A stretch of 63,650 nt of DNA, filler included, from Octopus bimaculoides (lineage: Eukaryota), in the NCBI RefSeq assembly GCF_001194135.2. It is 6 parts of 6 records of this genome, joined end to end, with 100 filler letters (N's around TTAATTAATTAA, not from the genome) between each part and the next. Parts side by side here need not be neighbours in the genome. Positions count along the whole stretch, not along the records: positions 8,656 to 33,373 come from NC_068989.1; positions 33,474 to 42,544 come from NW_026416654.1; 4 more parts are not named here. One strand, given 5' to 3'. This document shows, one piece after another, positions 24,851-39,479 of this stretch. How positions within the stretch are numbered: the first letter of the stretch is position 1; each line of letters begins with the position of its first letter. Position numbers and translations under genes: made by a program. Under the pieces are notes generated by a model, which had not been told where the DNA came from, made no database searches, and was given only the letters and a program-made list of their open reading frames with translations.

Positions 24851-26904
24851 CCCTTCTTCTGTATTTGCTAACCTTGTGCCAAAATTTGAAGCTATCATTA
24901 TTATTATCATCGTTATAAAATATTGCAACTGGAAAGAAATATTTTACATTTTAGATTTCATTTCACACAGGGACACTTATTGAATTTTTTGAAATGCCTG
25001 CTCAACAACTTCGGTTATTAAAATATTTTCATTTTATTCCATTACGAAATGCTAATGCAAAGAAATGGCGTCTTCTTTCCTTGGATCCAGGCCTCAGAAA
25101 CACTGCAGTAAATAAAGTAAATAAAGAAAAACAACTGCTAAACAAAACAAAGCAAACAGCAAAAAACTACTAAACGGAACAAAACGAACAAACAAAACAA
25201 ATATATATGAAATATATATATTAATGAACACGCAAATAAATGAAAGAAAATGTTAAAAGTAACACTTCCACAGAAAAATGCAACTTCATAAATACGTTTA
25301 ACACCAACTACAACAATATGTATTCACGTCGCATTTCGTGTGTTAACACGAATAGTGAAAGTGTTCTTGTAACAATGTTCTTTGTAAGAAAAAAAGTCTC
25401 TTAGTATAAATCATTTCACTAAAAGATCGGAAGTTGGAAGCATGTTGTCCATGAAACGGGTGTCAGTATTCCACAATTAATCATATAAACCCGTGGGAAG
25501 AAAAAGAGCAGTGTATTTCTGTCTTGCAAGCCACACAGTAGATTACCTTTTCTAACTAACTCAAAGCTGGAGTCAGCCATGGAATATATTTTAAATTAAA
25601 TATCCGGTATTTGGAAAGGAAATGTATAAGGCACAATAAAGTGGAATCATTAAACTAGAAGACAGGGCAAAACGCAAGCCGCAGCACACACACACATAAG
25701 CTGATCTGCAATATCTGGGAAGGAGGGACACAAATTACTGGCAGAGACATCAGATATCGATCTCTGGCTAGAAGTCTCTTTCGTGGTACAATATTGATAA
25801 ATAGTCAGTGCAAATATAATACTTTGCAATATGTAATCGGATGGGATCACCATTGACATACTAGTCCTCATGACCCCGTAAGATCACAAAACAATGCAAA
25901 AAATGACTCATACAGAAGGTAGTAAGAGAAAGACCAGAAAGCTTAGCAAACAAGGTAGACAAACCAGATGTTACACATCTACTAGCAAAACTCATGTATA
26001 AAGTTTTTGCACAGAGAACTGAAAAGTGTCAAAGCATCAAGTCAACAAATGAAATGTTCCCGTCCTTATTACAAAGAGTGTGCCACCAAACCAAAAATTT
26101 TCTTCTCCGAAACACAACTCGCGAACACAACAGCTTCATCCCCTACCTTTTGCTGAACACCAGGCAGATGGTTCATTAGACTTTACCTTTTCCTGTGCAT
26201 ATGACATTCGCTCCAATAATTGCTCTTCTGTGGATATAAAAAACCCTTTCCTTGGCAGACAAAGCAAGGTCAATTTTTTTCTTCATATCATATTCTCAAT
26301 GTATACTTCGAGCAAGGAGATGCACTAGATTTAAACAAAATTCTGCCAATGTTCTTTTTCTAAATTCATTACTCACGTTAAAAAAACTTTACACTGGAGG
26401 AAGCTTGCGAAAAACTAATTTCATGCGTGAACTTTTTCTTCGACAGCATTTCTTTTAGTGTTGTCGCTGCTCAACGTTTAAGAATCACTGAAAAAATGTT
26501 ATTTTCTTTTGTAAAAAACGCAAAATTTTCTCTTTCTAGAACCTATGTGTGTTATTTCAATGCAAGTTTGTTTGTGTGATTCTGCTTCGCAATAGCAAAC
26601 TTGCTTTATTTTCATTTTGCCTTGGCTGGCGTCACTTCGACTCGACACCATTGCAAATGAAGTCGAAATAAAACAAAGTTCAAAATGTCAATAAAAACGT
26701 TTTTCTTCTTCAAAAGTGAATTAAATAAAATAAACTTGCCTTGTAAAATACATTTACGTGACACAGACAAGTAAAATCATATCCAATTTCTTTTTAAAAA
26801 ACATCATTGGAAAAGGTAGTGATCCAAGTAAGAACAACAAAATAAAACATCTGCACTCGTTGAAAATAACAACCACAACAGTAACAATATTTATGAAGAT
26901 GATG

Positions 26905-26960
<56 letters not shown>

Positions 26961-27014
26961 TATTATTATTATTATTATTATTATAAAACAGACACACACA
27001 CACACACACACTAC

Positions 27015-27152
27015 GGGATTCTTTCAGTTTCCGTCTACCAAATCCACTCACAAGGCTTTGGTCGGCTATAGTAGAAGACACTTGCCCAAGATGCCACACA
27101 GTGGGGACTGAACCCAAGACCATGTGGTTGGTAAGCAAGTTACTTACCACAC
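27015..27152 (-). mobile_element. SINE family B
   Basis: Same sequence as 7150-7300 and 35714-35870. Confidence 0.8.
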
Positions 27153-27331
27153 AATATACATATATATCTTTTACCTTTTATCTTTTACTCGTTTTAGTCT
27201 TTAGACTGCGACGATGCTGAGGCAATATGTATGTATATGAATTAATAAATATATATCTATATATAAGTATGTACATGTATGTGTATATATATATATATAT
27301 ATATATACAAATATATAAACCTTCAAATATA

Positions 27332-27374
<43 letters not shown>

Positions 27375-27413
27375 NNNNNNNNNNNNNNNNNNNNNNNNNN
27401 NNNNNNNNNNNNN

Positions 27414-27478
<65 letters not shown>

Positions 27479-27482
27479 GCAT

Positions 27483-27517
<35 letters not shown>

Positions 27518-27799
27518 TATATATGTGTGCGTGGGTATGTGTGTGTGTGTGTATAATAATATTAATTATAAGCTTAAACCTTTGAGCCTATAACACCGGT
27601 TTACTGGTGGATGGCATAATTTTCTCTATACCGCAGCATCGCTCTACGTGTGGAGTATCGGTGCGGTGCCAGGTTTATGGTCAAATAAGGTTCAGGAGGT
27701 CAGGAATCAAAGGGTTAAAGCTTATAAACGATCACCGTGTATCAAAATCAACAACAGGGTGTTTTTGTTGGTATGTATGTATGTATGTATGTATGTATG

Positions 27800-30700
27800 T
27801 GCATATTTGTATGTTTTATGTGCGTATTCTCATGCATATAGTTGCATATCTAGACATGTTCATATACATTTCAATGATAAACTTCTGGAAAGTTTTACAG
27901 ATTTTTACAGTTCCAGTGATGGATTGGATCTTTAATCTTCGAATTAGCTTTCTTCTTTTGGTTTTGAGAAGCCTAATTTCTTAATTTCTCAAGATAGGTA
28001 TTTAGGCAGTGTGTTACATATCCCAGGGCACCAATAATTACAAGTATAAACCTGAACTTGTAATCTGAATAGAGTAACTGCAGATTTCTCAATAGTTCAG
28101 CATTAGTGTTCTCCTTTTCACTGATCTTCAGTTTTATGTTTACATCTGCTGGGCAGCTAATTTCCACAACTGTGCACAGTTTCTCTTTGTCCCAAATCAC
28201 TATATCAGGTGTGTTGTGCTTACATTTTATTGAAGTATTCATTGGTACATTCCAACAGTATTCCTCCTTATTATGAGTGGCTATGGCTTCTACCATATTG
28301 TGGGTTCTTATTTCTTTGTTCTCGGGATTATCCTTCCGACGGATTTCATTATAGAATTTCCTAGGTACAACATCATCTCTCATCGGTTGATAATACCTAG
28401 ATGACATTTTATGACAACTGCTTATATGTGGGTGATATCTTCAATGTGAACTCTACAAAGTCTGCATCGGTTTTTCCACTTTACGACTTTTCCTGCATTC
28501 CTATCCCTTTTGTGCATCAGGTACTTGGTTGATATTTCCTGTTCCTGGATTGCATACGCATACCTTTCAAAGTGGGAGGTAGTAATCCGGCTATTTGTCC
28601 ATGATAAACTGCTTTGATGATCAATGTTACTATCATCTCGGAGTTTTCTACTAGCATATCCATGCATAGTCTTCTGCTCATATATGCTCATCCTTTCATT
28701 TGATGAGCGGTAGAGTCGTGCGACTTCTGAGGGCATGTATTCTAGGTTATCAGACAAAGAGTGTTGGTCAAGGAGCTGCCTTCCAAGTCTTATGATGTTA
28801 TCAGCCTCGTGTATGTAAACTTGATCAAGGGAAGCACTTCGATATTTGGCGGTTAAAAGATGTTGCCGAAGGGATATGGTGCGACATTCAAGGGTATTTT
28901 AGATCGATGATAACTCACTTTCGCTTTGTTTTCGTCTTAGGTAGCGGCGGTCTACATCACCGTTTATATGGAAATTATGTGTGCTTGTTAGTATTTTTGG
29001 GGTTTTCACATCAATGGCTCGGATCTCATCAAGCATCTAATAAAGCAGCTCAAATGTTGGTATGAGTACTGACACTGCAAGCACATTGTGGGCCAATGTT
29101 TTCTTGAATGCAGAGTGTTCTGAGGTGCAAACTTTCGTTATTAGGCTGTAATATTCTTTAGTTATAAATGCCACAGTAAGATATATTTTCATCCACACCT
29201 AGATACCTGTAACACTCCTCCTCAGATACAGGGGAAGCAGTCAAATCATTAATGAAGATATTACTAGTCTGGTTTATAGTTTTCCCCCTTTTCACAACCA
29301 TATGACAACATTTATCTTGACCAAACTCCAATCCTACATCCTTTAAAAATGTTGTAACTAGGTCAAGGCTCTTTTTCATCTCATGTATATTCTTTGCATA
29401 AAGTTTCAAGTCATCCACAAAGAAACTGTGTTTAATTTTGGTATTTCTGTCTCCTTGTGAACCAGTGAGATATCCTTCAGATTTCCTTAACATGAATAAC
29501 AAGGGGTATACAGAAAGTATAAACAACATCACTGAGAGGCAGTCTCCTTGGAATATGCCTTTTTCGATACTGTATTGTATTAGTGATAGTTCATTCACTC
29601 TTTGTGAATGGTGGCCCAAGATGAAGTTAGGTCAACTATGGCTTTGACTATTCTCTCTGGAACTTTAGCAAGTTGAAGAGCTTCTAGCATCGATGAGTAC
29701 GGAACAGAGTCAAAGGCTTTCTTGTAGTCTTGCCACATCGAAACAAATTTCCTCCTATGCTCTTGCACTCTTGACATCACAGTTTTGTAGATTAACAATT
29801 GTTCGGCACATCCCCAGACATCCTTCTTCCCAGCTGCTTGATCTGCTGTGATAATGTTATTGGCTTTACAATGGTCTTGGAGGAAGAGGTTTAAACATGC
29901 TGTATATATATCACACATTAAGTTCTGGCATGCAATTTGTCAGTAGTTTTCGCCATGTGGGTGGTCCTGCATTTGGGGATCAATTTTGTCTGTGCCAGAG
30001 CTAACCAGTGTGGTATGCTACTGTTCCCAATAGAAGCTTGCTGGTACAGATTGATAAGATATGGCCGGTAGAATGTTAGCTTCTTGTACTAATTTCCAAC
30101 AATCAAGTTTGCGAGACGTATAGTAATTTGCTTGTTTGCATGCAATAAGCATCATTACATGATTGATGATCTTCCGTAGACCAGTTATCTTTTTCTTTGT
30201 CTTCAAAACCCATGATGGTACTTTCTTTACTATTTAGGTTCTGTTTACTTTTAGTAGTAGACAGAGCATATAGACAATCGTTAAATTGCCAGTATGTGGG
30301 TTCATCACACTGTTGTAAATACTCATCGCCAGTTTCGTTGACAACTTTTAATATCGTATCTAGTGATTTTTTTACCTTCTTTGGTAGAGAATACTCTCTT
30401 CAAAGCTAAAGTTATTTTTTCTCGGAAAATTTCAATAAGGTCGCACTTCATTGGCATATAATCCTATCACCACTACTACAATAATCGTTGCTGTTGTGTC
30501 TGCTATTTACCATAGTCATAGTAGGTGGACAGTGGTCAGTTACTTGAGCCAGTAATGTAGTTTGGCTGGTAGGCACTATAGAATCTTGGAATGTCGCAAG
30601 CTGTGAAACCACGCGGTGGTCTTATATAATTCACGTTTTCGTTTTTGTTTATAGAGTTGGGCAGAAGGTTAATTTTCAATTTCTTAATAAAGTTACAGTT

Positions 30701-31230
30701 ACCTTCCTTCTATGTTCTACTACATGTTCTTCTATGTTCTAATTTTGCTTGTTGGCGTAGTCGCTTCGCCGTAATATGATTTAATTCTGGATGCAGATCG
30801 TCCAAATTTGATTTCAATTGTTTCATATAGCTAACAGCAGGGTTTTCTATCGCTTTTTTGTAGCAGTTAAATAGATCATTATTCAATTCATAACTCCAAG
30901 AGAAATGAGTTTTTTAGTTACGGATTCTTCTATAACTACAGCAAAAAAGAAATTGTTTACCTGTTGAGCTGTTGTTTTCTTTCTGTTCCTCGATTGTGTT
31001 GTTGTTGATGTTGTATCCAGTCATGTTGTTTATAGTAACTCTCTACATGCTAAATTCAAGTTTGAGTCGAAAATCACTACGATCGTGAATAAAAGTTTCC
31101 CTCAGTTAATTCATTTGAAGATTAGCCAGTTATTTAACAAGGCTGCTTGTTGTGGCTCCAAAGTTGGAGATAGTATTCGCCGTATTTTCCATAAATAGTC
31201 TCCCACGCCAAATACGCGACTTGTCGCTTT
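27800..31230 (-). mobile_element. R4/Dong-like RLE LINE copy 2, both ends present, internally deleted
   Basis: RT motifs GIFQGDCLSVMLF and FFVDDLKLYAK, CCHC knuckle RCRLCRVHIEDITHI, RLE motif PDIVIWDKEKLCTVVEISCP. Flanked by (TATG)n at 27771-27799 and 31231-31318. Confidence 0.92.
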
Positions 31231-31415
31231 GAATGTTTCGTGTATGTATGTATGTATGTATGTATGTATGTATGTATGTATGTATGTATGTATGTATGTA
31301 TGTTTGTATGTATGTATGTTTGCATGTATATATGCAACCTACTGAGTAATGGTTATTTTTTCTGAGTTTTTTCAAATTATCAAGGTAATTTATAGACACA
31401 CTGCACACACACATG

Positions 31416-31462
<47 letters not shown>

Positions 31463-31496
31463 TGAGAAAGTTGGTATGTGAAAGCACGTGGTTGGA

Positions 31497-31528
<32 letters not shown>

Positions 31529-32269
31529 ATATATGTATGTATGTATGTATGCATGTATGTATGTATGCATGTATGTATATATGTAAATATATACATATAT
31601 GTATATATGTAGGTATGTATATATGTGTGTTTCTGTGTGTTTTCCTGTTTGCTCCCTTTTACAGCCGATGCTGGTTTGCTTACGCAACTTATCACTTCCG
31701 GAAAAAAGACCGATAGAGTAAATTTCCGGCTTCAAAAAAATAAGTACTGGAGTCGATATGTTTAAGTAATTTCTGCAAGGTGGTGCCCCAGAATGGCCGC
31801 AGTCCAATGGCTGAAAGAAATAAAAGACAAAAAGTAAATTGCTCCAGTTAAGAAATTCATTTCGGCAAATTCAACTGATATATGTGGAATTATTTAGATT
31901 CTTCATAAAGCATATTTTTTTTTTCAAAAAATTGTTATCCAAAATTGTTTCTTTCCGACTTGTGTCTGATTTCCCACTTCAATTATTTATTTTTTGATTA
32001 GTTTTAAGATAGCAGATAACAATACAAGATGGCGCCAAACATATCTGTTTTCATTTAAGTGTTGCACTGCAATTTATTATTACAAGCTTTCAGGTTACAA
32101 TGATTCTATCTACACACTAGATCCTTACCCGCGTTCAAATATAAGACTTGATTATTCTTTGCACGCATGAAGGCTTGTATTTGGTACTCAACTTACATGC
32201 CCCATTCCATATATAAACATACACAAACATATATATATGCATACATGCATACATATATGCATACATACT

Positions 32270-32590
32270 GCTAAAAAATGAACGAAAAAGAAAGTACCTA
32301 CAGTGAACTATTGATAAATATACAGTTCAGGTTTATACCTGAAATTATAGGGGCACTGGGATATGTAATACACTGCCTAAATACCAATCTTGAGAAATAG
32401 GCTGATTAGAAAACTGAAAGCTTATTCGAAGACTACAGATCCAAGCCACACACTGGAACTAAAAATTTGTAAAACCTTCCAGAAGTTTATGATTTAAGTA
32501 TGTATGCGCATGTCTAGAATGCAACTATATGCTTGTCTAGAATGCAACTATATGCATCAGAATGTATGCATAAAACAAAATAAAGAAATC
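32270..32590 (+). mobile_element. 5'-truncated copy of the same R4 family (RLE end plus 3' UTR)
   Basis: cagttcaggtttatacctgaaattataggggcactgggatatgta... matches the reverse complement of 27830-28110. Preceded by gcatacatgcatacata. Confidence 0.8.
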
Positions 32591-32769
32591 TGCACTTGCA
32601 CTGACACCACATACTGCACATATACTCACATACATGGAAAAATACCTCATTGATGTTGAAATTCCAATGATGGAGCCTTGAATCAAGATAAAAAGCCAGC
32701 TCTTTCTCTATTGGCAAAAAATCTTGAAATAATACTGAATAATGACACATACATACATACATACATACA

Positions 32770-32800
<31 letters not shown>

Positions 32801-33990
32801 GTAGCACAATGCCTAAGCTGATTCGAAGACTACAGATGCAAACCATCACTGGAATTGTAAAAATTTGTAAAACTTTCCTTGGTTAGAAACAACCTCTTTA
32901 TTGGTAAGAAATGAAGAAACATAAGCTGAATAATGACCTACATACAAATCTGGTTGCCGGCGCAGGCATATTCCATTGGCTGAAATGTTCGCCTTACGAT
33001 CGCATGATTTAGTTTTTCAGAGTATTGTGAGACACCTTGAAGATCTTCGGAGATAATCCTGAAATTGATTCCAGTATATGTTTTAAGTCTGCTACTGATT
33101 CAATCATCGTCCCTTTTCCGAAACGCTAAGTTACAGGAAATAAATGAATCAATATTGCTTGTTAAGTGGCTGGAGTAACAAATGCAGACGTATACTCAAA
33201 CACGCACATATATACACATACCCACGCATTTATATTTATATATATAAATATATAAATATAAATATATATATGTGTCTATGTATGATCATACATACACGAG
33301 GACACACGCCCATACACACACATGTACATATATATATATACCCGTATGTCTATATATATATATATATATATATNNNNNNNNNNNNNNNNNNNNNNNNNNN
33401 NNNNNNNNNNNNNNNNNTTAATTAATTAANNNNNNNNNNNNNNNNNNNNNNNNNNNNNNNNNNNNNNNNNNNNACTACTATAAAGATGTGCTTTTTTTTA
33501 CCGGGGTTGGCTTTGAGAGTTGCATTTCCTCGCATTCGGTAAAAATGTGCTTTTTATAGTAGTCTGACCTTAGAGTCCCTCATGGCATGAGGCGTTATTA
33601 TATAGTAATGCCCTTATATATATATATATATATGTGTATATATATATATATATATATTCTTACATATATGCATACATAAGCACATGTATATTTGTTTTTT
33701 TATACTATGAAAAATATGGATTTTGCACGCATGCGCTAGTGCCTGCGTGTGTTTAAATTAGTACATGTGTGTGTGTGTGTGTGTGTGTGCATATATGTAT
33801 ATATATACATTTTTTGTTGATGCGTTTTGTGTGCATGTACGTTCGTAAGTTCACGACATATGTATGTATATCCTTACGGCTGTATACAAGTACAAATATA
33901 AACACAACCACATATACATATACATACGTACATAATGCATGCAAGCATCCATACATGCAAACATACATGTGTACTTATACATATATTTCT

Positions 33991-34030
<40 letters not shown>

Positions 34031-34106
34031 GTATTACGCACAAACATATAATGATATGAATATATGTGTATACTTATATATATATATGTTTGTATCTGCA
34101 TAAAAG

Positions 34107-34141
<35 letters not shown>

Positions 34142-35713
34142 CACACCTACACACCTACACACGTTCAATCTTGATAGAAGTATGCATGTACGCGCGTATT
34201 ATAATTACTATTAATAGCAACCGCTGACAAGACCTTTTCCCGTGATGACAAAACATCGCAGATCAGAACAAGAACCGACGAAGGTGTGTGTGTGGTGGGG
34301 CGGTGGTGGTAGAGAGTTTAGCGAGAGTCGGGTGGGGGGGTTGCCAATGACACATCTAAAACAGTCCAATATGTCGGCTATGATCGAAACAGATTCTAAC
34401 AATGGCCGACGACAACAAATTAAAGATATGTCCAGATAAGACCAAACCGCCATATTTGTTGTCAGCAAGGCTCTTCTCTTTCCTCGAATTCGTCATTGTT
34501 CCTTAGGTTTCTGCTTTGTGTTTCACTGTTATTGTGTTGTTATTTTACTTTTCGCCATTTGTGTGTATTTATTTTTTGTTTTTGTGTACGTATGTGTTGT
34601 TTTTTTTTTATCTTTTGTTTGTTCGTTCAGTCTTTTGTTTATTGTCGTTCATCTTTATCTTTCTCGTGTCTTTATTTTGCGATTTTCTTGATGTTTCTTT
34701 TTGCTTATCCGCGCCGCCTCCCCTTCTCCCTCCTCCTCCTCATCATCATTTTAGTTCCTCTCTATCTGTGTTGTTCTATTTTGAATCTTTTGCACTCCTT
34801 CTAGCTTCCTCCCACTCCCTCTCCCTCTCTCTCTGTTTCTCTCTTCTCAGTGTTACATATATCGCTGTCTATCTGCTGCCTTTTGACTTTAGACTCGTCA
34901 TTAATCGTTTGTCTTCTTCAATCGTCTAACACTTGTCTTCATCAGTCTTCTTCAATCTTTTATCTTCAGTCGTCATTAGACTTTATCTTGTTTCCTTCAG
35001 TCTGTGATGTGTCCTCTTTCTCCACCTCTTCTTCTTCTTCTTCCTCTAGTCTTCGATTCTCTTCATTTTCTCTCTTCTCATCTTTTTCCATTTTTTCACT
35101 TCACCACCAGCACCACCACCACTACCATATATATANNNNNNNNNNNNNNNNNNNNNNNNNNNNNNNNNNNNNNNNNNNNNNNNNNNNNNNNNNNNNNNNN
35201 NNNNNNNNNNNNNNNNNNNNNNNNNNNNNNNNNNNNNNNNNNNNNNNNNNNNNNNNNNNNNNNNNNNNNNNNNNNNNNNNNNNNNNNNNNNNNNNNNNNN
35301 NNNNNNNNNNNNNNNNNNNNNNNNNNNNNNNNNNNNNNNNNNNNNNNNNNNNNNNNNNNNNNNNNNNNNNNNNNNNNNNNNNNNNNNNNNNNNNNNNNNN
35401 NNNNNNNNNNNNNNNNNNNNNNNNNNNNNNNNNNNNNNNNNNNNNNNNNNNNNNNNNNNNNNNNNNNNNNNNNNNNNNNNNNNNNNNNNNNNNNNNNNNN
35501 NNNNNNNNNNNNNNNNNNNNNNNNNNNNNNNNNNNNNNNNNNNNNNNNNNNNNNNNNNNNNNNNNNNNNNNNNNNNNNNNNNNNNNNNNNNNNNNNNNNN
35601 NNNNNNNNNNNNNNNNNNNNNNNNNNNNNNNNNNNNNNNNNNNNNNNNNNNNNNNNNNNNNNNNNNNNNNNNNNNNNNNNNNNNNNNNNNNNNNNNNNNN
35701 NNNNNNNNNNNNN

Positions 35714-35870
35714 NTTTCAGTTTCCGTCTACCAAATCCACTCACAAGGCTTTGGTCGGCCTGAGACTATGATACAAAAAAAACTTGTCCAAGGTGCCACG
35801 CAGCGGGACTGAACCCGGAACCATATGGTTGGGAAGCAAGCTTCTTACCACACAGCCACTCCTGCGCCTT
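35714..35870 (-). mobile_element. SINE family B
   Basis: tttccgtctaccaaatccactcacaaggctttgg...cttaccacacagccactcctgcgcct. Confidence 0.85.
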
Positions 35871-36185
35871 TTCTCTCCCTTGTTTACTTTCGCTTTTTTA
35901 AATATATGTTGGGGAAAATAAAACATGGATGGATTAAACGCATGAACATCACCACATCCATCACATGACTCCGCAAGCTGCCGCCGTCACCGTTTCGTCT
36001 CCTCTCGCCGCTCCTCATCAAATACTGCTTCGACAGCGCCGTTTGAAGTTTCCCTCGTTAAGAGATGTGGACAACAAGACTTAGAAGAAATTAATTTGGG
36101 GGAAGTGAATATGTCATTTGTTAATTGGCGGCTAATTGGAATGGTGGCAATCACAACAACAACAACGATAACAACTATGATGATG

Positions 36186-36223
<38 letters not shown>

Positions 36224-36598
36224 AGTGGTGATGATGATAACGTTGATAGAATTTATAATTGCAAGAACCACGGCGATGGCAAAAACAATATTGAGATTCT
36301 TGCGGTGTGTGTGTGTGTGTGTGTGTTTGCGTGTGTGTATTTATGTGCGTGTATGTATGCGTGTACATATATATATATATGTATATATAATTATGTGTTT
36401 GTATGCATATATATATGCATATTTTTACTCACATATATATATATATATATACATACATGCATACAAACACATACACATGGGTATATATATTATACGGTGT
36501 GTCTGTGCGCGCTTTTGTGTATGTATGTATATGAATATGTATAAAAGCAAGTATTTACATCCTTACACGCGCACCTACATTTATACCTATGCATATAC

Positions 36599-36650
<52 letters not shown>

Positions 36651-36829
36651 GTATCCACATCAAGAATCTTGCACACGAAATACACATACGAAATGAATAT
36701 ATATATATATTTATATATATATATATACATATATATGCACATATATATGCAAACCAGATACAAAAACGAACTATAAATACATATATACATATATACATAC
36801 ACACACACATATACATATGTATATATATG

Positions 36830-36874
<45 letters not shown>

Positions 36875-38423
36875 ACATACGCATATGCATACATCCATAC
36901 GACAGTGTTATTAAAACCCGATAAATGATCTTGTTTTTATCCACATCATCCACACACATACACGTACACAGGCACATGTATATTTATATACCCACGCATA
37001 TATATACACACAAATATACGCACATATACATATATTATATGTATATACATGTAAGTTATTTATAATTAACTGATTAGTTTATTTCCTTATGAGTAAATAT
37101 TTTTGCTGTTTCCGTTGAACAAACAATCTACCTCAAAGAAAGAGCGTCGGCGTTTCAAGGGATTTTTTTTTCTGGATCTTCGTCAGGATAACACACATGT
37201 ATTTACGTTTGTGTGTGCATGGAGCCTTAATTGCCGTTTGTTTGTTTCTTAGAGGGATTTTATGATGCGAGAAAATGTGGGTTACGGAACAAAGTGTATA
37301 TATAGGGCTGTGTATAGATGAGGTTTGTTGTTTCATTAACGAATGTTGATGTTCCTGTGTGTTAATTTGCAATTAGAATACCACAAATCAACATCGACAA
37401 TCACAAGGACAACTGCAGCAGTTGCAGCAGCAAGAGACGTGTGAAAATGTCGACAACATTGTCATCGTTGTCTTTTTTATGCGTATATGAATGTGTGTGG
37501 GGGGGGGGGGGGGGGGGTGAAAGAAACACGGGACGGAAAAAAAGTGGTGATGATGGAGAAGAGGAATAATAATAATAATGATAATAATAATAAGAAGAAG
37601 AAGAAATTGTCGTGTGACTTGCTCGACAATAACTGTTTCTCTCAAATTACAGCCTACACTCTTAGAAAACTAAAACAAAACGAAGGGAGCTGGCGTGTTA
37701 GAAATAGCAACTAATTTCCCACAAATCACAAAGAAAAAAAGTCAAAAAATCGCTCACACAACAAAGGCACATTAGACAGTATAGGCTTAGATATACTTAG
37801 ACAAAAGACGGGATGGTTACGCTCGGAGCACCTTTGTTTTAATATTGTACTGTCCCATCGAGAAGAAGAACAGCAGTTGCTATCATAACGGAAACAACTG
37901 CAACGAAAACTACTACTACTACTACTACTACTACTGCTGCTGCTATTGTTACTACTACTACTACTATTATTACCAACACCACCACCACTACTACTACTAC
38001 TACTACCTCAACCGTAACCTTAACAGCAAGGTAACGAACAACTCTAATGAGGCGCCGTCGACGAGGTTGCTGAATTAACTACGCCTGGCCTTAGGGGCCC
38101 GATGGAGTTTTGTCCCATGGCCTCAGGACATCAGTGACCACCCGCTGTGAGGGAGATTCGAAACAACGACTGGGATGACATCGCCAAACTCATTAATGGC
38201 AAAGTAGTTTTTTTTTAAATTAAATCAACAATAGTGTGTGTGTATGTATCATATATATATATATACATACATATATATATATTTATATATTTATATAGAT
38301 ATAGATATATAAATATACACATATATATATACATACACATATATATATATACATACACATATATATACATACATATATATATATATATATATGTATCTGT
38401 CTCTCTCTCTCTCTGTATGTATG

Positions 38424-38471
<48 letters not shown>

Positions 38472-39479
38472 NNNNNNNNNNNNNNNNNNNNNNNNNNNNN
38501 NNNNNNNNNNNNNNNNNNNNNNNNNNNNNNNNNNNNNNNNNNNNNNNNNNNNNNNNNNNNNNNNNNNNNNNNNNNNNNNNNNNNNNNNNNNNNNNNNNNN
38601 NNNNNNNNNNNNNNNNNNNNNNNNNNNNNNNNNNNNNNNNNNNNNNNNNNNNNNNNNNNNNNNNNNNNNNNNNNNNNNNNNNNNNNNNNNNNNNNNNNNN
38701 NNNNNNNNNNNNNNNNNNNNNNNNNNNNNNNNNNNNNNNNNNNNNNNNNNNNNNNNNNNNNNNNNNNNNNNNNNNNNNNNNNNNNNNNNNNAGAACGATT
38801 AAAGGGGAAAAGGTACAGAAGGATAAGGAGTTTGAGAAAGAGAGAGGGAGAAGAAGGGAGGAAAAGGATTTGCAGAAATTGAATGAAAATATAATTGTAA
38901 TTTGTAAAAAAGAAGAAAAAATCGGAAAAGAAAAGAAAAATGAACAAAATGATAAAAGCGCAAAAAACACAATGACTGAGATTTCAAAAAAAAAAAAGAA
39001 ATGATTAAAATAACAAAAAATATATACAAACGAATAACAAGGAAAAAACAATGAAAGGCACAGCGTAGGAAGGGAAGGCGATTTGATGATGAGACTGCGA
39101 TAAACATAGCCGTTGGTAAGTGCGACTAGTTAAACAGTAAGGAAAAATATATACGACAGATGGATCTATTTACAGGGCAATAGAACACAAATGTATTTAA
39201 GAACGGGAATTTCAAATGTCATTCATCTTTTGATGATGTTTTCGTTGTTGTTGTGGTGGTGGTGGTGGTGTTTGACGTCGTCGTCGTTGTGGTAGACGTG
39301 GGGGTTGTTTACCCCCCCCCCCACGAATCAGTTATGATCTAATGTCTCTAGACTCAAGAGCTCTCCAGTTGTTACTAAACCGGATTTCATATATTGGACA
39401 CAGTGTACCTAGGACTACATTATCTAATGTACAGCATAACAGTTGGTATTAGTGGCTATAATTTTTGCTATTGTTGTTG

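Noticed and set aside
37130-37190. Minus-strand CTGACGA...GAAAC as a hammerhead
   Set aside because: There is no NUH triplet or stem III, and stem II is poor.
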